A stretch of 32,000 bases of DNA from Halogeometricum borinquense DSM 11551 (GTDB lineage Archaea; Halobacteriota; Halobacteria; Halobacteriales; Haloferacaceae): contig NC_014735.1 in NCBI RefSeq assembly GCF_000172995.2, forward strand, positions 270,001 to 302,000, given 5' to 3'. Below are positions 25,733-32,000 of this stretch, piece after piece; the first letter of the stretch is position 1, and each line of letters starts with the position of its first letter. The position numbers and the translations under genes are program-made. A model generated the notes under the pieces. That model had not been told where the DNA came from. It saw only the letters and a list, made by a program, of their open reading frames with translations, and did no database searches.

Positions 25733-27094
25733 TTAGTTCGGCACATCTCGGAACGCGGCCTCGACCACCTTGCTCAGCGTCGGGTGTGCGTGGATGGTTT
25801 CGGCAACGTCGGCGACGGAGAGGCCGTGTCGCATTGCGATGACGGCCTCGTGGAGCAGTGTCGATGCCTCATATCCGATGGCATGGCTGCCGAGTATCTC
25901 TCCGTCGGGTGCAGCGAGAACCTTCATGAATCCGTCCTCCAGTTTCTTGGCCCGACCCATTGCTGACTCGGCGAACGCCGCTCGGCCGACGACGTACTCT
26001 GTCCCCTCTTCTTGGAGGTCTTCTTCTGTCGCCCCGACACCGGCGATCTGTGGCTCGGTAAAAATCGTGTGTGGCATCGCCGAAAGGTCGATGGCTCTGT
26101 GTTCGCCGTGGACGACGTTTGAAACCGTGTGGCGTGTCTCGTAGTCGCCGGAGTGTTTGAATAGCGCATTGCCCGCGACGTCACCCTGCGCCCACACGTT
26201 CTCGGCGGTCGTCTCCAGATATTCGTTGGTTTCGATAAATCCGCGTTCGGTGACCTCGATACCCGCTGCATCTAGCCCGAGGTCGTCGCTGTTGGGTTGC
26301 CGTCCGAGTGCGACGAGTACTTCGCTCCCTTCGACGGTCAGTTTGTCTCCGGCCTCGGTCTCAGCGTGGACGGCATAGCCCTCACTGTGTTCTTCGACGG
26401 CGGTAACGCGGTGTCCGGTGTAGACATCGTGACGCTCGGCGGCGACTTTCGTGAACGCTGCGGCGATATCGCCGTCTTCACGAGGAACCAGCGAGTCCAG
26501 CATCTCTACGATAGTGACATCGGTTCCCATCGATTGCAGCGCGTATCCCAGTTCGACTGCGATGTAGCCTCCACCGAGAATAACGAGGCTTTCGGGAGTC
26601 TCTCGGAGGTTGAGGGCCTCCTGACTCGTCAGGTAATCGATGTTGTCGAGGCCGTCAATCGGTGGCACGATTGGGCGACTGCCGGTTGCGACAACGACCT
26701 TTTCGGCGGTGACTGCGTCGCCGTCGAGTTTGAGCGTTCGCTCGTCGACGAACTCGGTGTACTCTTTGAATAGCGTGAGATGCTCTTTCTCTCGGTACCG
26801 CGCTTCCATATCCTCCGCAATCCCGCCGAGCAAGTCGTCCATTTCGTCGATAACGGCGGCTTGATCAATTTCGTTGACGGTGGCATCGACGTGGAATTTC
26901 GCTGCATCTCGGACGCTATTTGCCGCATTTGCCGCCTGAATCAGCATCTTCGAAGGATTGCATCCTCGATTCAGGCACGTTCCACCGAGCGGTCCCGGTT
27001 CGACCAGCGCAGTGTCGAGTCCAGCGTCGGCCGCGGCCGCAGCGACGTTGTTGCCGGATCCGCCCCCGACGACGATAACATCGAAATCTGACAT
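25733..27094 (-). CDS. Class-I pyridine nucleotide-disulfide oxidoreductase (dihydrolipoyl dehydrogenase / low-MW-thiol disulfide reductase family)
   Basis: DVIVVGGGSGN (FAD binding), GGTCLNRGCNPSK (redox CxxxxC), LVILGGGYIAVELG (NAD(P) binding) and HAHPTLSK in the dimerisation domain. Confidence 0.9.
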   Translation of the reverse strand: MSDFDVIVVGGGSGNNVAAAAADAGLDTALVEPGPLGGTCLNRGCNPSKMLIQAANAANSVRDAAKFHVDATVNEIDQAAVIDEMDDLLGGIAEDMEARYREKEHLTLFKEYTEFVDERTLKLDGDAVTAEKVVVATGSRPIVPPIDGLDNIDYLTSQEALNLRETPESLVILGGGYIAVELGYALQSMGTDVTIVEMLDSLVPREDGDIAAAFTKVAAERHDVYTGHRVTAVEEHSEGYAVHAETEAGDKLTVEGSEVLVALGRQPNSDDLGLDAAGIEVTERGFIETNEYLETTAENVWAQGDVAGNALFKHSGDYETRHTVSNVVHGEHRAIDLSAMPHTIFTEPQIAGVGATEEDLQEEGTEYVVGRAAFAESAMGRAKKLEDGFMKVLAAPDGEILGSHAIGYEASTLLHEAVIAMRHGLSVADVAETIHAHPTLSKVVEAAFRDVPN

Positions 27095-27208
27095 ATGTTG
27101 GTAGCGATAACAGCTATGATAAAGAATCTCTGGCGGTTATTCATCTCGATTGCACGGGCGCGAAACGACTCAGCAACTGAAACAAACTCTCTGCGGTGTC
27201 AATCCGGC

Positions 27209-27802
27209 TTAGTCATCGGAAAGTGAATCCCAGAACACGTCTGGAAGCTCTTTGTCGGGGTTCCGTTCGAGGTAGTCTTGCTTGGTTAGATTCGCCTCTT
27301 CGATGAGTGCAGCGGCCTCGCCGGCCCAGACGTAGAATCCGAGCAGCGTCTGACGACGCATCCGGTCGAGATCCACAGAATGATACATATTGACCACGCC
27401 ACCGTCTTCTCGGTTCAACTCCGACCGACGGAGGAGTCCGAGGTCAACCAATTTGTTCAGATATCGGGTCATTGTGCTTCGGTCGTACCCGAGCGTCTCA
27501 GCCACCTCGCTTGCCGAGAGTGGCCCGTCACCGATGACGTAGAGGCAGATGTCAAGCCCGGCTTTCGGGAGTCCGAAGGCCTGGAAAAGGACCTGTCTAA
27601 TGTCCGGTGACTTGATGTTCATCTCACAGTCAGTCTTCTGCTGCATCGGTTCGCCGTGACAGGATATTGGTTTGTCACCCCGACCGAAGGAGAGAACGAT
27701 GTTATCACAGGTCGCACACTCGAAGAGACCATATCGGCCCGACGAGAGATCGTACTGAACTTCCTCAGTATCCTCGGCGGACCAACTTTTTTGCTCAGAC
27801 AT
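27209..27802 (-). CDS. Desulforedoxin-like metal-binding domain fused to winged-helix (TrmB/MarR-like) regulator
   Basis: FECATCDNIVLSFGRGDKPISCHGEPM has the same spacing as desulforedoxin (CxxC-x15-CC-GExM), with the last Cys replaced by His. wHTH: LSASEVAETLGYDRSTMTRYLNKLVDLGLLRR. ATG 27802 is preferred over TTG 27847. Confidence 0.8.
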   Translation of the reverse strand: MSEQKSWSAEDTEEVQYDLSSGRYGLFECATCDNIVLSFGRGDKPISCHGEPMQQKTDCEMNIKSPDIRQVLFQAFGLPKAGLDICLYVIGDGPLSASEVAETLGYDRSTMTRYLNKLVDLGLLRRSELNREDGGVVNMYHSVDLDRMRRQTLLGFYVWAGEAAALIEEANLTKQDYLERNPDKELPDVFWDSLSDD

Positions 27803-28000
27803 TAGCGGACGGGGGCTCCACGTAGGGACATAATCATCAGATAACAAGATAAGTTTTTTCCACTGTCATTTATGTGGTGAATCACTGTCGGAGATTTCCT
27901 CATCCGGCGCGTTCTTGGAATGGGTGTCTGAGAACAAAACGTCTGGTAGCGGCCGTTAGACGCGTTGGAATCGGTGGTACCGAAAGCGCTTATACTGCTT

Positions 28001-28016
28001 GACTGAATATTCAATC
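28001..28016. promoter_or_regulatory. Imperfect 16-bp palindrome (core TGAATATTCA) between the TATA-like box and the tetR ATG, candidate TetR operator
   Basis: GACTGAATATTCAATC matches its reverse complement at 14 of 16 positions. The core 28004-28013 is a perfect palindrome. CTTATAC at 27989-27995 is a plausible TATA box. Confidence 0.4.
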
Positions 28017-28020
28017 AGGG

Positions 28021-28629
28021 ATGCCGACAACCAGTCCATTTCTTGACTCGCCGGGGGGAACGCGGGAAGAGATCATACGTGCGACCTATCTTGCTCTCTG
28101 CGAGTACGGGTACGCCGACCTTACGATACAGCGAATCGGTGAGCAGTTTCCGAAGAGTAAATCGCTTATTTATCACCACTATGATGGGAAAGACGAACTG
28201 CTCCTCGATTTTCTCGAATTCGCGTTAGACCGTTTTGAGGGGCTGGTTCCCTTCGACGATGCGGACAGTGCGGGTGAGCATTTAGACTCGATTCTCGACC
28301 ACGTGCTTGCGACTCCGCTCTCGCCCGAGCGCCGCCAGTTTGCAACGGCAATCGTTGAACTCAGGGGCCAGGCGGCGCACAATCCCCGCTACCGCGATCA
28401 TTTCACGTGTCACGATCAGTTCTTTCACGATCAGATCGCCGCAATCATCGAGGCCGGAATCGAGGATGGCGAATTCAACGCCGTGAGTGCAGACGTGTTT
28501 GCGTGGTTTCTCGTGACCGTCATCAATGGAGCAATGACGCAACGGGTGACGAGCGACGCCGACACAACGGCGATGGTTCGCGCTCAGATTGACAGGTGTA
28601 TCGGGACTGTGGTCGCGGGGGCGCGATGA
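28021..28629 (+). CDS. TetR/AcrR-family transcription regulator
   Basis: N-terminal HTH REEIIRATYLALCEYGYADLTIQRIGEQFPKSKSLIYHHYDGKDELL. The stop overlaps the MATE start in an ATGA. Confidence 0.9.
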   Translation: MPTTSPFLDSPGGTREEIIRATYLALCEYGYADLTIQRIGEQFPKSKSLIYHHYDGKDELLLDFLEFALDRFEGLVPFDDADSAGEHLDSILDHVLATPLSPERRQFATAIVELRGQAAHNPRYRDHFTCHDQFFHDQIAAIIEAGIEDGEFNAVSADVFAWFLVTVINGAMTQRVTSDADTTAMVRAQIDRCIGTVVAGAR

Positions 28630-30113
28630 GTGGACCACCCGGGCCGGGTCGCGCGGTTAACATTACTGACGGGCCGATTCTCAAGCCCTTGTTGTTTCTC
28701 TCGATACCGATTGTCCTTACGAACATGCTGCAGGTTGCGTACAACCTTGCGGACACGTTCTGGGTCGGCCGACTCGGTCAGGACGCAGTCAGCGCTCTTT
28801 CGTTCTCTTGGGCGATCGTTTTTCTCATCATCACACTTGCTGCCGGATTTACGGTCGCTGGCACGGTGTTGGTCGCTCAGAACAAGGGTGCTGGAAATCT
28901 TGACCGTATCAGCGACGTTGCCGGGCAGACAATCGCGTTCGTCGTCGCGTTGTCGGTCGTTTTCTCCGTCCTCGGGTACGTACTCGCCCCGTGGTTGCTC
29001 CAGTTGATCGGTGCAACACCGGGAACTGAGGTGTTTCGCCTCTCAATTACGTACACGCGAACGATGTTTCTCGGCATTCCGTTCGTCTTCGCCTTCTTCA
29101 TCTTCCAATCGCTACTGCAAGGATGGGGTGACACTAAGACGCCGCTCTATCTGATGCTGCTTGGTGTCATTCTGAACGTCGTCATCGACCCGTTTCTCAT
29201 CCTCGGCTTTCAGGATAATCTCCTGTTCGAGGTGACTGGTCTTACGACCCTGCAATCGAATCTCTACGCGGCGACGGAATTTGGCGGCTTCGGCGTACAA
29301 GGTGCCGCGATTGCGACAATCACCGCTCGCGGAATCGGCGCTGTCATCGCTGTCGGACTCCTGCTTTCCGGACGCGTTGGTATCCACCTCGCGCCGAGCG
29401 ATTTCGTCCTGACGCGTGAGACCGTGAGTAAGATTTTCACTATCGGTGCCCCGGCCAGTATCGAGATGAGCACCCAATCGTTCGGGATCACCGTGATGAC
29501 GGCACTCGTTGCACTCGCTGGTGCGGAAGCGGTCGCCGCATTCGGAATCGGGACTCGGATCACATCGCTCGTCGTCCTTCCTGCACTCGGACTTGCCCGT
29601 GGGACCGAGACGGCCGTCGGACAGAATCTCGGTGCCAAGCAGGCGGGGAGAGCGAAGCAGGCGGTGTTCGCCAGTGCGGGGATTATCGCCGGTGTGCTCG
29701 TCGTTATCTCCGTCCTCGTTTATCTCAACGCGGCGACCATCGTCAGTATCTTCATCACCGGTCAAGAGGCTGCGACTGTAATTGCTATCGGGGCGGATTA
29801 TCTTCGTGTAGTCGGGGTTACCTACGTCTTTCTCGGAGTATTCTACGTCGTCCAAGGCGCATACCGAGGGAGCGGTAGCACGCGATTGGCTATGATTTTC
29901 GGCATCATCGGTCTCATCGTTCTCCGCGTTCCCCCGGCTTACGCGCTCGTCGCGTGGTTTGATATGGGTGCGATGGGTGTCTGGTACGGAATCGCGGCTG
30001 CGAACGTGCTCATTGTGGTGCTTTCCGGTGTCTACTTCCTGCGTGGGACGTGGACAGAGGGCGTCGTTGACCGCGAGCGCGGGGCACAAGAGGTGACACA
30101 CGGTGGTGACTGA
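28626..30113 (+). CDS. MATE-family efflux transporter
   Basis: About 12 TM. N-terminal ILKPLLFLSIPIVLTNMLQVAYNLADTFWVGRLG is typical of MatE. ATG 28626 is translationally coupled to tetR. Confidence 0.9.
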   Translation: MSGPPGPGRAVNITDGPILKPLLFLSIPIVLTNMLQVAYNLADTFWVGRLGQDAVSALSFSWAIVFLIITLAAGFTVAGTVLVAQNKGAGNLDRISDVAGQTIAFVVALSVVFSVLGYVLAPWLLQLIGATPGTEVFRLSITYTRTMFLGIPFVFAFFIFQSLLQGWGDTKTPLYLMLLGVILNVVIDPFLILGFQDNLLFEVTGLTTLQSNLYAATEFGGFGVQGAAIATITARGIGAVIAVGLLLSGRVGIHLAPSDFVLTRETVSKIFTIGAPASIEMSTQSFGITVMTALVALAGAEAVAAFGIGTRITSLVVLPALGLARGTETAVGQNLGAKQAGRAKQAVFASAGIIAGVLVVISVLVYLNAATIVSIFITGQEAATVIAIGADYLRVVGVTYVFLGVFYVVQGAYRGSGSTRLAMIFGIIGLIVLRVPPAYALVAWFDMGAMGVWYGIAAANVLIVVLSGVYFLRGTWTEGVVDRERGAQEVTHGGD

Positions 30114-30141
30114 GCGAGCGAAATCGTCCGAGGGATCTGAG

Positions 30142-30993
30142 ATGCGAATCCTCGTCACTGGTGCGACGGGGACGGTCGGCAAGCCGTTGGTTACCCGCCT
30201 CCTCGACACTCTAGCACAGGTCCGTGTCGCCACCACATCGCCGCAGACTGCCCGTGAGCGGTTCGGTAACGCTCCCGAGTATGTCGAGTTCGATTTCGAA
30301 CGCCCAGAGACGTGGGGTTCCGCGCTCGAACAGATCAACCGGATGTTCCTTCTTTTCCCACCCGCTGTGGGCGTGACTCCGGTTCGTGAGTTTATCGATG
30401 CCGCCGACCGCGTTGGCGTCGGTCACGTCGCGTACCTTTCCATTCTCGGCGCGGAGAAACTTCCAGTGCTTCCACATCGCCGACTCGAAAAACATCTCGT
30501 GAGGGCCGATCTGGCGTACACGTTCCTCCGTGCTTCGTGGTTCATGCAGAACCTGAGCGGGATTCACCGCCCGGAAATCACAGCAGATGATGAGATATAC
30601 ATCCCTGCTGGTGATGGGAGACTGGGATTCGTCGATACCAGCGATGTCGCCGCGGTGGCTGCGACGGTTCTCACAGAAGCCGGCTACGAGAACCGGACGC
30701 TGGACCTCACGGGGCCGGAGTCGATGGACTTCGACGCTGTGGCCGCTGTGTTCTCGGACGTGCTGGACCGGCGAATCACCTATGCTGACCCCTCACGATT
30801 CGCGTTTGCTCGCCACATGTATCGACGCGGCGTACCCACCTCGATAATCGTGTTTATGGGTATCGAGTACTCCATCGTCCGCCTCGGAGTTTCCGGGCGG
30901 ACGACCGATGATGTGGCGACTGTTCTCGATCGGTCTCCTCGTACAGTCCGCCAGTTTGTCACAGACCACGCGGAACTGTTTTCGGAAAACTAG
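30142..30993 (+). CDS. NmrA-like / atypical SDR NAD(P)-binding protein
   Basis: MRILVTGATGTVGKPLV Rossmann motif at the N-terminus. ATG 30142 is preferred over GTG 30103, which overlaps the MATE gene. Confidence 0.85.
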   Translation: MRILVTGATGTVGKPLVTRLLDTLAQVRVATTSPQTARERFGNAPEYVEFDFERPETWGSALEQINRMFLLFPPAVGVTPVREFIDAADRVGVGHVAYLSILGAEKLPVLPHRRLEKHLVRADLAYTFLRASWFMQNLSGIHRPEITADDEIYIPAGDGRLGFVDTSDVAAVAATVLTEAGYENRTLDLTGPESMDFDAVAAVFSDVLDRRITYADPSRFAFARHMYRRGVPTSIIVFMGIEYSIVRLGVSGRTTDDVATVLDRSPRTVRQFVTDHAELFSEN

Positions 30994-31072
30994 CAGACCC
31001 TCGGAGTTTGGACTACCGTGGATAGCGAGACGGTTGCTCTCAGAAGCGCCTGTGGAAAATCCGACGTCGATT

Positions 31073-31510
31073 TTACTCGTCGGATCCGTTGACGTTCACC
31101 GTCAGGACGGGCACAGGTGCGTCGGCGACGACGCGGGCCGAGACGCTTCCGACCATGTTCTCTTGATAGTTCGAACCGTGCGTTCCCATCGTCACGATGT
31201 CGATGTCCTCTCTTTCGATGTAATCGATAATCTCCTCGGCGGGATTTCCGCGTCGGATGGCCGCCGTCGCTTCGACGTCGCCCGATTCGATTCGGTCGAG
31301 TGCGATGGTGGTGGCTTCTTCACCGGTCGCTTCGAGTTCGCTAACTACGTTGTCAACTACATCAGACGCGAGTGTGAGGAACGCGCGGTCGTCGATGACG
31401 TAGAGTATGTGGACGGTTGCGTCGTGACGCTGTGCGAGATCGAGGGTGTGAGCGTACACGTTGTCCATCGACTCGTCCCCGTCCGTGGGAAGCAGGATAT
31501 CGTCGTACAT
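31073..31510 (-). CDS. Universal stress protein (UspA family)
   Basis: MYDDILLPTDGDE, DIDIVTMGTHGS and GSVSARVVADAPVPVLTV. ATG 31510 is preferred over the track start 31579. Confidence 0.85.
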   Translation of the reverse strand: MYDDILLPTDGDESMDNVYAHTLDLAQRHDATVHILYVIDDRAFLTLASDVVDNVVSELEATGEEATTIALDRIESGDVEATAAIRRGNPAEEIIDYIEREDIDIVTMGTHGSNYQENMVGSVSARVVADAPVPVLTVNVNGSDE

Positions 31511-31696
31511 CAGTTCGTCTGAACCTCGATTGTCCGGGGATAAGAAAACTGTCGTATGGTCTCGTCGGATGAGAACCATGACGTTTCATCACGTCAGCAT
31601 ATCGAATCTGGAAATAGGTTCGAGATCAAGCGATACACACGGCCCTCAATTCGATGCTCGCATTTGACGCGCTTTGTGTCGTTTTCGCCGTTGAAA

Positions 31697-31716
31697 TTCT
31701 CAGATAGATCTGAGAA
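31697..31716. repeat. Near-perfect 20-bp palindrome TTCTCAGAT-AG-ATCTGAGAA
   Basis: 9-bp arms read directly. It lies in a ~390-bp AT-rich intergenic region. Function unknown. Confidence 0.6.
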
Positions 31717-31903
31717 ATCGAACTATCCCACGACAGTTATATTTATTGATATTTAAACTGCGCCGTAATTTATCTTTGAGTGATTCTATGCCACTGTACT
31801 GAGACAGTCGGGTCAGTCGCCTGCAGTAGCGCATGTCGCGGCAAGCGATGTCGCTCTCACTGCTGTGGATGGATTTTTGCTTCGGGCGGGCAAACGTGAC
31901 GGT

Positions 31904-32000
31904 ATGTCGAACATAGATGCGGACGACTTGCTCCCCAACGAACGCGTACAGCAGGCAGTCGTGAACGGCGACATCACCCAACTCACTCGTGGGGCGAGCA
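31904..32000 (+). CDS. Possible 5' end of a CDS running off the window (MSNIDADDLLPNERVQQAVVNGDITQLTRGAS...)
   Basis: ATG with GATTTTTG centred about 28 nt upstream. Acidic haloarchaeal-like composition and no stop codon to the window end. Only 32 codons are visible. Confidence 0.3.
   Translation, partial: MSNIDADDLLPNERVQQAVVNGDITQLTRGAS

Noticed and set aside
29112-30338. 408-aa minus-strand ORF
   Set aside because: It is antisense to the MATE and NmrA-like genes. The product is Arg/Asp-rich with no motifs, so it is a shadow ORF.
31700-31981. 93-aa minus-strand ORF at the window end
   Set aside because: It has a TTG start and a Cys/Arg-rich basic product, and it extends into AT-rich non-coding-looking DNA. 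The opposite-strand ATG at 31904 has better start context, though that one is also weak.

Overview
The window looks like a haloarchaeal (class Halobacteria) secondary-replicon or megaplasmid segment. The evidence is high-GC coding DNA, very acidic proteins, Tat/lipobox signals, Bat-type HTH_10 regulators and short AT-rich promoter gaps. This is my inference; no database was searched.

Gene content in order:
- A Bat-like PAS/GAF regulator.
- A translationally coupled parA plus small acidic ORF partition cassette.
- A frameshifted, 5'-truncated adenosylhomocysteinase pseudogene abutting a decayed tyrosine-integrase remnant.
- An HD hydrolase and a small membrane protein.
- An NMT1/Ssu-type ABC importer.
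- An AMP-forming acyl-CoA synthetase flanked by two pentanucleotide microsatellites.
- Aconitase.
- A polytopic membrane protein of unknown function.
- A large receiver-PAS-GAF histidine kinase.
- An NhaC-type antiporter.
- A bdhA/patatin-like (PHA-mobilisation type) operon.
- A class-I disulfide oxidoreductase with an upstream desulforedoxin-like/wHTH regulator.
- A tetR-MATE pair, an NmrA-like protein and a universal stress protein.

I recognised no rRNA, tRNA, CRISPR array or intact IS element.

The most unusual signals:
1. An array of five 13-bp-phased TGAAYR iterons lies just upstream of parA. A second, similar array lies about 19 kb away, bracketed by an 11-bp direct repeat.
2. A (TTCCC)16 tract, which reads (GGGAA)16 on the other strand and is quadruplex-capable, sits between acs and acnA.
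3. A desulforedoxin-like CxxC-x15-CH domain is fused to a winged-helix regulator.
4. The histidine-kinase receiver domain lacks the phospho-acceptor Asp.
5. Gene remnants are unusually dense.

All functional calls come from by-eye motif recognition and need homology or structure searches to confirm.
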